A stretch of DNA of 64,000 nt from Candidatus Norongarragalinales archaeon (GTDB lineage Archaea > Micrarchaeota > Micrarchaeia > Norongarragalinales > Norongarragalinaceae). Location of the stretch: the NCBI GenBank assembly GCA_038884755.1, contig JAWABJ010000001.1:160001-224000 (forward strand), written 5' to 3'. Shown here in pieces: positions 9,842-18,747 of this stretch; within the stretch, counting starts at the first letter, position 1, and each line of letters opens with the position of its first letter. Made by a program: the position numbers and the translations under genes. Below the pieces are notes generated by a model. It did not search any database. It worked only from the letters and a program-made list of their open reading frames with translations, and had not been told where the DNA came from.

Positions 9842-10384
9842 ATGCGAATCGCCATTTCCGGACCCACTGCGTGCGGTAATTCCACCGCTTCAAGACTCGT
9901 AGCCAAGGCGCTGCGCTTGAAAAAGTACAACTACACTTTCCACGACCTCGCGAGGGAATCCAAAATCCCGTTTGAAAAGCTGCATGCGAAGGCGGAGAAA
10001 GACGCGCGGTTAGACGTGCTGTTGGACAGGAAGCAAATTGAATTCGCTTTGAAGGAAAAAAACTGTGTGGTGGGAACGCGTTTGGCGGTTTTCCTCGATC
10101 GGATAGCGCCGCAACTCGGAATGAAAAAACCGGCTTTCGATTTGAAAGTGTGGCTGGACGCACCCGAACCCGTAAGGGCCGGGCGTTTAGCCAAGCGCGA
10201 CAAGAAAAGTGCGGACGCTGCGCTGAAGGAAATTCGCTACCGGGATTCTTCCAACAAAAAACGCTACAAAAAACTTTACAACCTGGATTTCAAAAAACCC
10301 GTTCGGTGTTTGCTTGTAGACAATTCAAGTCTCGATGCAAAGCAGACTGCCGCATTGATAATTACAGCTGCGCGAAAAGCATGA
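9842..10384 (+). CDS. cmk: Cytidylate kinase (archaeal type)
   Basis: MRIAISG P-loop start, LKVWLDAP..RAGR, RYKKLY motif; synteny with eL14 and cbf5. Confidence 0.85.
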   Translation: MRIAISGPTACGNSTASRLVAKALRLKKYNYTFHDLARESKIPFEKLHAKAEKDARLDVLLDRKQIEFALKEKNCVVGTRLAVFLDRIAPQLGMKKPAFDLKVWLDAPEPVRAGRLAKRDKKSADAALKEIRYRDSSNKKRYKKLYNLDFKKPVRCLLVDNSSLDAKQTAALIITAARKA

Positions 10385-10390
10385 ACCTGC

Positions 10391-11335
10391 TTATTTTTCT
10401 GTTTCCCCCACGTCTAGAATGAGTGCCGTGAGCAAAAGCTGCACGCCTACGATTGAAGGCAGTAGGCAAAGCAAAACGCTTCCCACGCTTGGCGAAAGCG
10501 AATGGAATGCTTTTTGCCACAAAATCCACACTCCCGTTGCCAAGCCTATTGAAAACAGTGCTATTCCGAACGAGAAGAACAGGGCGATGGGGTGGAAGTC
10601 GCGCAAGACGTACTTCTCGAAAATCCTTTTGAAAAAGCTTTTGACCAGGAAGAGAGAGGCGGAAGGCACGAAACTGCGGAGTTTTATTCCGCTTTTTTCG
10701 CTTCCGTAGCTTGCCGGAATGGCGACGTCTTTCACCCGCAAGTTGGCTATGTTGAGCTTCACGAGCATGTCGTTTTCGAAGCAGTATCCCTTGTTCAAAG
10801 AATCCAAGTCTATTTCCTTGAGCGCTGAAGAGCGGATTGCCGTGAACCCGTTTTGCGGGTCGAAAATGTGCCAGTATCCGCTAGCCGCTTTAGTGAGGAA
10901 AGTGAGCAGCACGTTTCCCAAAATGCGTATGACCGGCATGCCTTCCAGCGAGCTTTTAGCCAAAAACCTGTTTCCCTTGGCGTAATCGTACCCTTCCAGC
11001 AAAGCGTCGAGAAGCTTGCGCGCGTGTTCGGGTTGCATTTGCCCGTCCCCCGCCATTACCACCGAAAAATCGGCGCCCAGTTCCAAAGCTTTCCTGTGCC
11101 CCGTGACAATCGCCCCGCCCACTCCCTGGTTTTTCTCGTGCTTTATGACGAAAACCTTTTTGTTCAACTGCTTTCCGGCCGCCTTTCTTGCCGCATCAAA
11201 AGTTCCATCTTTGCTTGCGTCGTCCACCACGACAATCCAATCCACGTATTTAGGAGCGGTTTTCACCACGTTTCCTACGAACCTGCTTTCATTAAACGCG
11301 GGAATTACTACGCAAACCTTGTTTTTCTTGTACAT
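10391..11335 (-). CDS. Glycosyltransferase family 2 (DPM1-like) with two C-terminal TMs
   Basis: VVIPAFNE, VVDDASKD, NQGVGGA, DPQNGF motifs. Confidence 0.9.
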   Translation of the reverse strand: MYKKNKVCVVIPAFNESRFVGNVVKTAPKYVDWIVVVDDASKDGTFDAARKAAGKQLNKKVFVIKHEKNQGVGGAIVTGHRKALELGADFSVVMAGDGQMQPEHARKLLDALLEGYDYAKGNRFLAKSSLEGMPVIRILGNVLLTFLTKAASGYWHIFDPQNGFTAIRSSALKEIDLDSLNKGYCFENDMLVKLNIANLRVKDVAIPASYGSEKSGIKLRSFVPSASLFLVKSFFKRIFEKYVLRDFHPIALFFSFGIALFSIGLATGVWILWQKAFHSLSPSVGSVLLCLLPSIVGVQLLLTALILDVGETEK

Positions 11336-11342
11336 TTTTTTT

Positions 11343-13280
11343 TCACTTCCGCTTGACTTCGTAAATTTCGTAGTCTAAGTCGTTTATTGTTTTTTTGTAT
11401 ATTAACTTGAAAAGCGGGGAGGCGCGTATCGCGGTTTCGTTCAGCCCTTTGAACCTGCGTTCGTTGCTGGGAATGAGTGAAACGTGCGTTATGCCGTATT
11501 TCCTTATGACTTCGTCCATTCTTTTTCCCGAGTAGAAGTCGTATTGGTTTGTCGCCCGTTCGTACCAATCGCTTCTTCCCTTGACCCACCCTACCGCGGG
11601 AAACCCGAGCATTCTTACCCTGCCTACGAGGTCGAAAGCGTGAGGGCCGTCGAAAGCGATGACGACCGCGTCAGGCGGGAGGATTGCATTCGCGTCTTTC
11701 GCGAATTCTATGTCGGCGCGTCCGTAGAGCGAAAGCTGGTTCCAAGCGTCCTTCTGGATTGAAAGGGCGCCCGGGAGTATTGCCGCTGCCAGAATAACAA
11801 CCGCTGCCGCAGGCGGAATGAAGTTTAGCAAAGCCGTTTCGTTTTTTTTTCCTTTGCGCACTGGAAACCGGAATTCGAAAAGCCGTGCGAGGGCGATTGC
11901 CCCCAAAGCAAAAGTAGGAATTTGCCACAGGTTGACGAGCTTCATGTTGTTCATGTAGTCGGGCGAAAAGCGGAACATGCTGAACGCAAGGAAAAGCGGA
12001 ACGAACGCAACGTAATACTTGCGCACGGTTTTTGGGGAAGTGAAAAACGCGCTTAGCGCGAGCAGCAGGGGAAGCCCCATGTTTTGCACCCAAAACCACG
12101 CTATGTCGACGGGGTTTTGCGAAAGCGCCCTCCACCCTATTTCCAACGCCACGTAACTGTTGGAAGTGGAGGGCTCGAGCCACGCGTACGTTTGCACCGC
12201 GCCCAAAACCAAGGCGGGCGCGAAAAACCACGCCCATTTCCTGCTCCTGTAAATCACGAACAGTGCGCCTGCGGTCAGCACGCACGCTATGAACGCGGCT
12301 TCACGCATTAGCGGAAGAAAGCCCGCGAGTACCCCGCTCGCGAAAAGCATTTTGTTCAACCGCTTTTGTTGCCTTTCGGGAGTTTTCGCGGTCTCGAACT
12401 GCCTGGCTATTTCGAAAAGCATTATGAACACGACTACCGCGACGGTATACCCGAAGTTGCTTGCCCTCTGCCTCGCCAAGTGCGATTTGAAAAACTGGAT
12501 TATGTGGCCCACCCACGGGTTTTCTATCAGCGCGGCGTAATCCCTGTCCGGATTTTCAAGCCACTCGCCTACGCTCGCGTGCTTTTGCGCGTCTTCAAGC
12601 ATCATTCCGTAAGACATGCTGCCGGAGAAAAAGAGGAACAAGACGGCGACGATTGCCGCGTTTTTGCTTGAACCCAAGCGAAACGCGAGGAAGTAGACGC
12701 ACGCGAAAAACGCGATTATCATTATCAGTGCCGGGACTGCGAACGCGAGAGTGAAAGGCATTTCAAGCCTTTCCAGCACTCCCGAGTACAAGTCTATCAA
12801 GAACGGGTAGTTGAGCGGAACGCCTGCGTACTGCGGGTCTTGCGGAGGCACTATGTGATTGTATGCAAAGTATTTCTCGATGTTGACGTGGTAGTACGTG
12901 TCCTGCCAGAACAACGCGCTCACTTCGTAATTCAAGCTCTTGTTCACGTGCACTGCGCCGTACGAAAACAAGACTATTATAAGGAGTATTACGGGCGCCA
13001 TTCTCAGCCAAAACCCGGAGTCCCACCCTTTTTCGAAAGCGCGCCCTCCCCCTCCCCGCAGCAACGCGACCGCAGCCATTGCAAGAGCAGCAAGCGCGGC
13101 GTAGTGCGCTTGCGCGCCGAAAGCGAAAAAAGAGGCGTAAGCCACGACCGAAGCGAGCGGCAGGCCTATCGCAATCGAAAAGAAGATTTGCTCTTCGCGA
13201 GTTTTCGCAAGCCCGATTTTCTTTTCTACTGCAAACCCGAAGAGTATAGAGAACAGGATAAAAAGAATGCCGAGAATCAT
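11343..13280 (-). CDS. Polytopic membrane protein, GT-C-like glycosyltransferase
   Basis: Many TMs, WQDTYYH..PPQDPQYAGVPLNYPFLID loop, C-terminal soluble domain; paralog of 29584..31461. Confidence 0.65.
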   Translation of the reverse strand: MILGILFILFSILFGFAVEKKIGLAKTREEQIFFSIAIGLPLASVVAYASFFAFGAQAHYAALAALAMAAVALLRGGGGRAFEKGWDSGFWLRMAPVILLIIVLFSYGAVHVNKSLNYEVSALFWQDTYYHVNIEKYFAYNHIVPPQDPQYAGVPLNYPFLIDLYSGVLERLEMPFTLAFAVPALIMIIAFFACVYFLAFRLGSSKNAAIVAVLFLFFSGSMSYGMMLEDAQKHASVGEWLENPDRDYAALIENPWVGHIIQFFKSHLARQRASNFGYTVAVVVFIMLFEIARQFETAKTPERQQKRLNKMLFASGVLAGFLPLMREAAFIACVLTAGALFVIYRSRKWAWFFAPALVLGAVQTYAWLEPSTSNSYVALEIGWRALSQNPVDIAWFWVQNMGLPLLLALSAFFTSPKTVRKYYVAFVPLFLAFSMFRFSPDYMNNMKLVNLWQIPTFALGAIALARLFEFRFPVRKGKKNETALLNFIPPAAAVVILAAAILPGALSIQKDAWNQLSLYGRADIEFAKDANAILPPDAVVIAFDGPHAFDLVGRVRMLGFPAVGWVKGRSDWYERATNQYDFYSGKRMDEVIRKYGITHVSLIPSNERRFKGLNETAIRASPLFKLIYKKTINDLDYEIYEVKRK

Positions 13281-13368
13281 TATACCACTCGAATGTAAGA
13301 TGAACGGGAGTATTGCTTAAAAACAAGTGCGAGTCCGTTTCAGCATTCGATTGGAATGGTGGTTTTGA

Positions 13369-13533
13369 ATGACTAGGGTGTTTCAAAAGGGAGTCAAGGC
13401 GAAAATAATTTCAGGAAGAAGGAAAGGGCAGATTGTCGAAATAACGGAAGTGGTGGACAACTCCTTCGTGAAAATAAAGACTGCGAAAGGCAAAGAGCGG
13501 AAGATGAATGCGAAGCACCTGCAGCCTGCTTGA
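13369..13533 (+). CDS. rpl14e: 50S ribosomal protein L14e (54 aa, below ORF track cut-off)
   Basis: Hand translation MTRVFQKGVKAKIISGRRKGQIVEITEVVDNSFVKIKTAKGKERKMNAKHLQPA; KOW motif; lies between cmk and cbf5. Confidence 0.85.
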   Translation: MTRVFQKGVKAKIISGRRKGQIVEITEVVDNSFVKIKTAKGKERKMNAKHLQPA

Positions 13534-13535
13534 GC

Positions 13536-13566
13536 TTTTTGATAAAACTTTTTCGCAAAAAGTTTT
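13536..13566 (-). repeat. Hairpin plus A-tail element, family A
   Basis: Minus strand AAAACTTTTT-GCG-AAAAAGTTTT-ATC-AAAAA. Confidence 0.65.
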
Positions 13567-13596
13567 CTTTTTCCGAATCTTTCTTTGTTGAAGCGT

Positions 13597-13639
13597 TCTT
13601 TTCTTTACTCAATTTTTCTTTTCCTAAAAGAAAAATTGG
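13597..13639 (-). repeat. Hairpin plus purine tail element, family A
   Basis: Minus strand CCAATTTTTCTTTT-AGG-AAAAGAAAAATTG-AGT-AAAGAAAA, closely similar to 17834-17875. Confidence 0.8.
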
Positions 13640-13640
13640 A

Positions 13641-13731
13641 GGGCTCGGTAGTCGTAATCTCATCATTCCGTTTTTTGATCAAACTTTTTATAAAAAAGTT
13701 TGTCAGAGTCAAGCCTTTATCTTCATAGCCC
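13641..13731 (-). ncRNA. Box C/D sRNA candidate with a family-A hairpin between D' and C'
   Basis: GGGC/GCCC terminal stem; C ATGAAGA (13726-13720), 13-nt guide, D' CTGA (13706-13703), 36-nt insert, C' ATGATGA (13666-13660), 11-nt guide, D CCGA (13648-13645). Confidence 0.7.
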
Positions 13732-13779
13732 AATTACTTATTGAATATCTTAAACTATTATCTGTTTTCGTGGGTAGAA

Positions 13780-14703
13780 ATGATCGGTTTGCGCAAGGGC
13801 GACGGCAATTACGGCAAAAAGCCGAGCGAACGCACTCTTGACGAAAAGCTGCGCAAGGGCGTATTTGTTTTGGATAAGCCTTGCGGTCCTTCCTCCCACG
13901 AGGCTGCCGCGTTCGTGCGCAAGATTTTGGGTTTGAAGAAAGCTGGGCACAGCGGGACGCTGGATGCGAACGTTTCCGGCGTGCTGCCTGTTTTCCTCGA
14001 GGAGGCGACCAAGGCAGTACGGTATTTTCTCGGCGAGCGCAAGAAATACGTTTGCATAATGCGTTTGAACGAAAGGAAAAGTGCGAAGGAAATCGAAGAT
14101 GCTTTTTCGCATTTTAAAGGAAAAATCTACCAAAAGCCTCCTTTGGCGAGTGCTGTTGCTAAGAAACTGCGAGTGCGCGAAGTGTTCGGGTTGCGCGTGC
14201 TGGAAATCGACGGGAAGGACGTCTTGTTCGAGTGCGATGTGGAAGGCGGATTTTACGTGCGCAAGCTTTGCGCTGACGTGGGGGAGGTTTTGGGGTGCGG
14301 GGCGGCAATGCTGGAGCTGCGCAGGACTTACGCGGCCGGGTTTACCGAAGCGAAGGCGCATTCGCTGCAGGACTTGAGCGACGCGTTTTGGCTGTGGAAA
14401 GAGGTGGGAAACTCAAAAACGTTGGACGAGATGGTTTTCAATCTGGAAGACGTTTTGCATTTGAAGAAAGTCGTCGTGGACGATGGTGCGTTAAAACCAA
14501 TTTCCACCGGCGCGAACCTCGCGATTCCTGGCATAGTTGAAATGGACGATTCGATTGAAAAAGGCGAGAGCGTGCAAGTTTTGAGCGGAAAGGGAGAGGT
14601 AATCTGTTTTGCCAAAGCATTGTTCAGTTCGAAGGAAATAGCCGAGAAGGAAAGGAAGGGGCATGGTGGTTTGGCGTTCGACATCGAACGCGTTTTGCTT
14701 TGA
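13780..14703 (+). CDS. cbf5: H/ACA pseudouridine synthase Cbf5 (TruB family) with PUA domain
   Basis: LDKPCGPSSHE, GHSGTLD catalytic Asp, QKPPLASAV, ELRRT. Confidence 0.95.
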   Translation: MIGLRKGDGNYGKKPSERTLDEKLRKGVFVLDKPCGPSSHEAAAFVRKILGLKKAGHSGTLDANVSGVLPVFLEEATKAVRYFLGERKKYVCIMRLNERKSAKEIEDAFSHFKGKIYQKPPLASAVAKKLRVREVFGLRVLEIDGKDVLFECDVEGGFYVRKLCADVGEVLGCGAAMLELRRTYAAGFTEAKAHSLQDLSDAFWLWKEVGNSKTLDEMVFNLEDVLHLKKVVVDDGALKPISTGANLAIPGIVEMDDSIEKGESVQVLSGKGEVICFAKALFSSKEIAEKERKGHGGLAFDIERVLL

Positions 14704-14831
14704 GTTTTTTTGCGCATCGAAAGGGTTTTTAAATCGGTGTAGAATAGTGTTATACTGGAAAATTAAAGGCTCACGGAGCTCTCTGTTTTTCCCGAAGGTT
14801 TTTAACCGCGAGAAAGCAAATTCTTTCTTGC

Positions 14832-15027
14832 GCCGGGATGGCAGAGTGGTTAATGCGCACGCTTGGAAAGTCTTTTTCTGGTTGCTCTTTTTCGAGCGTA
14901 CCGAAAACTTCCCTTACAGCGTGTGGCCGAAAGGCCTCCTGAGTTCGAAAGCTTTTCTTTCTTTGCAAAAGAAAGAAAACCTTGGAAAAGAAAGAAAACG
15001 CGAGAGACGAGATTCTCAGTCCCGGCG
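14832..15027 (+). tRNA. tRNA-Ser(GGA) with two introns: 37/38 (14869-14917) and 59/60 (14950-15013)
   Basis: Acceptor GCCGGGA/TCCCGGC; anticodon arm CACGC-TTGGAA|A-GCGTG; long variable arm; T arm CTGAG-TTCGAA|T-CTCAG; TTCG/CGAG central helix. Confidence 0.9.
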
Positions 15028-15064
15028 CTTTCGCTTTACAATAGTTTAAACGGTGTCATCGAGT

Positions 15065-15724
15065 TTGGCTGACGACAAGTCTGTAAAGAAGGAACAAAAC
15101 GTAAGGACAGAGCAAAAGAAAAGCTCTTTTCAACCCCAGCCGCAGCTTCCTTCGAAACTCGTCAAGCGCAAGGACAAGGAGTCGAAAGACTTTCGCGGGA
15201 TAGTGCGCGTTGTAGGACGGGACGTTGACGGGCACTTGACTGTCGCCGAGTCGTTAAGGAAAGTGAAAGGGCTCGGGTACAATCTGGGGACCAACCTCGG
15301 CGGGATTGTTTCGACCAAACTCGGCATTCCTTTGAGTGAATTGATCGGAAACCTTTCCGAAGAGCAGTTCGTAAAGCTTGAAGATGTCGTGCGTTTTCCG
15401 CAGAATTATGGAGTGAAATCGTTTTTGCTCAACCGCCAGAAGGATTACGATTCTGGAGAGAATAAGCATTTGGTGATGTCCGACTTGACTTTCTCCCTGC
15501 GTCAGGATGTCGTGAGAGAACGGGATTCGAAGACCTACCGGGGATGGAGGCACGCGATCGGACAGAGAGTGCGCGGGCAGCACTCGCGCACTACCGGCAG
15601 GAGCGGAATGGCCGTGGGCGTTTTGAAGAAGGCGATCAAGGCACAGAAAGCCGCGGCAGCGACCGGCGCGCAGGAAAAGTCTTCCACCGCGCCAGCGGCT
15701 GCGAAGGAAGAGAAGAAAAAGTGA
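15065..15724 (+). CDS. rps13: 30S ribosomal protein uS13 with N- and C-terminal extensions
   Basis: FRGIVRVVGRDVDG, YRGWRHAIGQRVRGQHSRTTGR; start codon uncertain (15053 or 15065). Confidence 0.95.
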   Translation: MADDKSVKKEQNVRTEQKKSSFQPQPQLPSKLVKRKDKESKDFRGIVRVVGRDVDGHLTVAESLRKVKGLGYNLGTNLGGIVSTKLGIPLSELIGNLSEEQFVKLEDVVRFPQNYGVKSFLLNRQKDYDSGENKHLVMSDLTFSLRQDVVRERDSKTYRGWRHAIGQRVRGQHSRTTGRSGMAVGVLKKAIKAQKAAAATGAQEKSSTAPAAAKEEKKK

Positions 15725-15747
15725 TTTTTGCTTTTGAAGTGATTTGA

Positions 15748-16308
15748 ATGGGAGACCCTGTCAGGAAATCAAAGAAATTCGAAAAGCCTAAAAGACTGTG
15801 GGACAAGCCCAGAATCGAGGCGGAAAAGGCCTTGAGGAACGAATTCGGGCTGAAGAACGCGCGGGAATTGTGGAGAATGCAGACTTTGCTCAGGCGCATC
15901 AGGCGCGAGGCGCGGAGGCTTTTGAGCGGCAAGGGCTCGCAGGCCGAAGAGCGGGCGAAGAAACTCCTGTCGCGCGTGCAGCGGTTGTTTTTACAGAAGG
16001 CGGACGCGACGCTGGACGACTTGCTTTCGCTGAACGTCAAGGACATTTTGAGCCGAAGGCTGCAGAGCGTGGTGGTGCGAAAGGGTTTCGCGAAGACCAT
16101 GCATCAGGCCAGGCAGTTCATCACGCACGGGCACATTTCCATAGGCGGGAGGAAAGTTTCCGCGCCTTCGTACCTGGTTTCTTTCGACGAGGAATCGAAA
16201 GTGGAATGGTTCAAGAAGCCCGTTGCCGTCGAGCAAAAGCCGGTCGTTGCAGAAGCGGCCGAAGGCAAGGAAAAGGAGAAAGTTGAGAGCGTGAGTGCGA
16301 ATGGCTGA
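15748..16308 (+). CDS. rps4: 30S ribosomal protein uS4
   Basis: [31 protein letters not shown]. Confidence 0.97.
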   Translation: MGDPVRKSKKFEKPKRLWDKPRIEAEKALRNEFGLKNARELWRMQTLLRRIRREARRLLSGKGSQAEERAKKLLSRVQRLFLQKADATLDDLLSLNVKDILSRRLQSVVVRKGFAKTMHQARQFITHGHISIGGRKVSAPSYLVSFDEESKVEWFKKPVAVEQKPVVAEAAEGKEKEKVESVSANG

Positions 16309-16768
16309 AACGGCATCGCTTCCAAAGCAAGAGGAGATGCGCGAGAGGCGCAGTCATTTTGACGACCGCAGGGTTTTGCTTACCGAAGGGAAATGGGGGG
16401 TTGCTCACGTTTTCTCTTCTAAAAATGATACGATAATCACGATTACGGACTTGAGCGGCGCTGAAACGATTTCGACCGGAAGCGGAGGCATGATAGTCAA
16501 GAGCGACCGCGAAGAGGGAAGCCCTTACGCTGCTATGCAAGCCGCTTTCCGCGCTTCTGCCAAGGCGAAAGAACGCGGGGTTGTCGGAGTGCACGTGCGC
16601 GTTCGCGCGCCCGGCGGGCACCGCTCGAAAACTCCCGGCCCAGGCGCGCAGGCGGCGATACGCGCGTTGGCGAGAAGCGGGCTGCGAATAGGAAAAATAG
16701 AAGACGTCACTCCCTTGCCTACGGACACTACGAAGCGCAAGGGCGGAAAAAGGGGAAGGAGAGTTTAA
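16301..16768 (+). CDS. rps11: 30S ribosomal protein uS11
   Basis: [36 protein letters not shown]. Confidence 0.97.
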   Translation: MAETASLPKQEEMRERRSHFDDRRVLLTEGKWGVAHVFSSKNDTIITITDLSGAETISTGSGGMIVKSDREEGSPYAAMQAAFRASAKAKERGVVGVHVRVRAPGGHRSKTPGPGAQAAIRALARSGLRIGKIEDVTPLPTDTTKRKGGKRGRRV

Positions 16769-16780
16769 GGGGGATTTGCA

Positions 16781-17479
16781 ATGAAGGTTTTCAGCGAGGA
16801 CGAGAAGACTCTCGTGTTGGTTTCGGAAAAGGAAACTCCCGCGTTGTTGAACGCAATGCGCAGGGCGGTGATTTCCGAAATCCCAGCGATGGCAATCAGC
16901 GAAGTGGATTTTTACGAGAACAATTCCGCCTTGTTCAACGAGTATTTGGCGAACCGCATGGGCTTGATTCCCTTGAGCTGGGAGGAAGGTGTGGAAGACG
17001 ACGTGAAAATGTCATTTTCCTTGAACGCCGAGGCGGTCGAAGAGCCCAAGACCGTGTACAGCCGAGACCTGGTTTCTTCCGACGAGAAAATCAAGGTTTA
17101 TTCGGAAAACATTCCCATTGTAGTATTGAACAAGGGGCAAAAGTTGAGGCTGGAGGCTTTCGCGGTGAAAGGCACTGCGAAAACGCACGCGCGCTTCCAG
17201 AGTGCGTTGGCTTACTACGGGAAGGCAGGAGAGTTCAAGGCGGGAGAAAAGTGCAAGAAATGCTCTTCTCCCCTGGTTTCCTTTCCGGCAATAGCGGGAA
17301 AGAAAGACTTGCCAGAAAACAGCTTTCTCTGCGCCAATTGCTCCAAGCCAGATGGCGAGGGCAAAGAGTTTTTGTTTGTAGTCGAATCTTTCAACAACCT
17401 TTCGGCGAGAGAGCAGTACGAACGGGCGTTGAAAGTCATGGAGGAAAAAGCCAAGGCTTTGGAAAAAGAATTCAAGTGA
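16781..17479 (+). CDS. rpoD: RNA polymerase subunit D (Rpo3)
   Basis: NAMRRAVISEIP, NSALFNEYLANRMGLIPL; follows uS11. Confidence 0.93.
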   Translation: MKVFSEDEKTLVLVSEKETPALLNAMRRAVISEIPAMAISEVDFYENNSALFNEYLANRMGLIPLSWEEGVEDDVKMSFSLNAEAVEEPKTVYSRDLVSSDEKIKVYSENIPIVVLNKGQKLRLEAFAVKGTAKTHARFQSALAYYGKAGEFKAGEKCKKCSSPLVSFPAIAGKKDLPENSFLCANCSKPDGEGKEFLFVVESFNNLSAREQYERALKVMEEKAKALEKEFK

Positions 17480-17483
17480 GCGC

Positions 17484-17735
17484 ATGAGGGCGAGGGTTTT
17501 TCCCAACGCAAAAGAGTTTTGCGTTTCGTTCGGCGAAGGCATTTTGAAAGTGCGCGTTTGCGCGCCGGCCGAAGGAGGCCGGGCGAACAAAGAGCTCGTG
17601 CGGATGCTTTCAAAGCTGCTTGGGGTGAAGGTCGAGGTCGTCCGCGGCTTGAAGTCGCGGGATAAAGAGATTTTGTTCGAGGATTTGAGCGAAAAAGAGG
17701 TTGTGGAAAAGGTTAATTCCCTCTCAAGCCAATAA
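17484..17735 (+). CDS. DUF167 / UPF0235 (YggU-like) protein
   Basis: VRVCAPAEGGRANKELV..LLGV..VVRGLKSRDK. Confidence 0.85.
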   Translation: MRARVFPNAKEFCVSFGEGILKVRVCAPAEGGRANKELVRMLSKLLGVKVEVVRGLKSRDKEILFEDLSEKEVVEKVNSLSSQ

Positions 17736-17747
17736 GTTTGGTTCTGA

Positions 17748-17832
17748 GCAGGGGTGGCAGAGCCTGGTCAAATGCGCTAGCTTGAGGTGCTAGTCTCTTA
17801 GGAGTTCGGGGGTTCAAATCCCTCCCCCTGCA
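17748..17832 (+). tRNA. tRNA-Leu(GAG), no intron
   Basis: GCAGGGG/CCCCTGC acceptor; CTAGC-TTGAGGT-GCTAG anticodon arm; long variable arm; TTCAAAT T loop. Confidence 0.95.
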
Positions 17833-17875
17833 TTGAATTTTTCTTTTAGAAAAAGAAAAATTCAGTAAAGAAAAA
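17833..17875 (+). repeat. Family A element abutting the tRNA-Leu discriminator
   Basis: TTGAATTTTTCTTTT-AGA-AAAAGAAAAATTCA-GT-AAAGAAAAA; nearly identical to the tRNA-Gly 37/38 intron. Confidence 0.85.
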
Positions 17876-17905
17876 CGAAAATGTTCGAAAAGAGTTGGAA
17901 ACAAA

Positions 17906-18277
17906 ATGAAGAAATCCAAATTCAGAGGACCTGAAAGTTCCGAAGTCAAGGCGCTCGTTGCGTTTTTGGAAAAAACCGTGCGCAAGTCGCATTCGAGAGC
18001 GTGGGCCAGCGTAGCCTCGTTCATGCTGAAGCCCGCGCGCGTGAAGAAAGGCAAGGCGGTTAACTTGTACAAACTGGAAAAAATCGCGAAAGACGGGGAC
18101 GTGATAGTTATCCCGGGCGTTTTGCTTGGCGTGGGAGACTTAAAGAAGAAAATTACTGTTGCCGCATTCAAGGCAAGCGAGAGCGCGAGGGCCAAGCTCG
18201 GAAAAAATCTTGTTTCCATAAGGGCGCTGGCGGAGAAAAACCCAGAGGGAAAGAAAGTGAGGATAGTGATAGGCTGA
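17906..18277 (+). CDS. rpl18e: 50S ribosomal protein eL18
   Basis: VNLYKLEK, VIPGVLLGVG, ITVAAFKASESA, KNPEG. Confidence 0.93.
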   Translation: MKKSKFRGPESSEVKALVAFLEKTVRKSHSRAWASVASFMLKPARVKKGKAVNLYKLEKIAKDGDVIVIPGVLLGVGDLKKKITVAAFKASESARAKLGKNLVSIRALAEKNPEGKKVRIVIG

Positions 18278-18302
18278 TGTTTTTGAGGAAAGCGTGGTTT
18301 GA

Positions 18303-18725
18303 ATGATTGTGATAAACGGGGAGAAAGCGGTTTTCGGTCGCGTGCTGGCGTTTGCAGCCAAGAAGCTTCAGGAAGGAGAGGACGTGGTGGTCGTAAACGC
18401 GGAAAAGACGGTAATTTCCGGAAATCCAGAGCGGATAATAGCGCGTTATCACGCGAAGCGCGGGATATCCAACAAGGGCAATCCCGAGCACGCACCAAAA
18501 TTCCCGGTCCGCCCGGACTTGTTTTTGAAGTACATTTTAAGGGGAATGCTCCCGAAGAAAAAAGCTAGCGGGAAGAAGGCGAGGGAAAAGTTCAAGGCGT
18601 TTTTGGGAATGCCGAAGGAATTCGAAGGAAAGGCGCAAAAGTTTTACAAGACTTCCGAAGACTTGAGCGTAAGCTTCGTTTCGCTCGAGGAAATCTGCAA
18701 GAGGCTAGGCTGGAAGAGGGCTTGA
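18303..18725 (+). CDS. rpl13: 50S ribosomal protein uL13
   Basis: VVVNAEKTVISG, RPD..LRGMLP. Confidence 0.95.
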   Translation: MIVINGEKAVFGRVLAFAAKKLQEGEDVVVVNAEKTVISGNPERIIARYHAKRGISNKGNPEHAPKFPVRPDLFLKYILRGMLPKKKASGKKAREKFKAFLGMPKEFEGKAQKFYKTSEDLSVSFVSLEEICKRLGWKRA

Positions 18726-18747
18726 CTGTTGGAACGGTGTGTTGAAA

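Noticed and set aside
13780..14703. BHB intron in cbf5, as in some Crenarchaeota
   Set aside because: The reading frame is continuous through the GHSGTLD region.
14663..15072. ORFs spanning tRNA loci (also 13394-13841, 21796-22245, 29346-29756, 58082-58400)
   Set aside because: These are spurious translations of RNA genes and A/T-rich hairpins.
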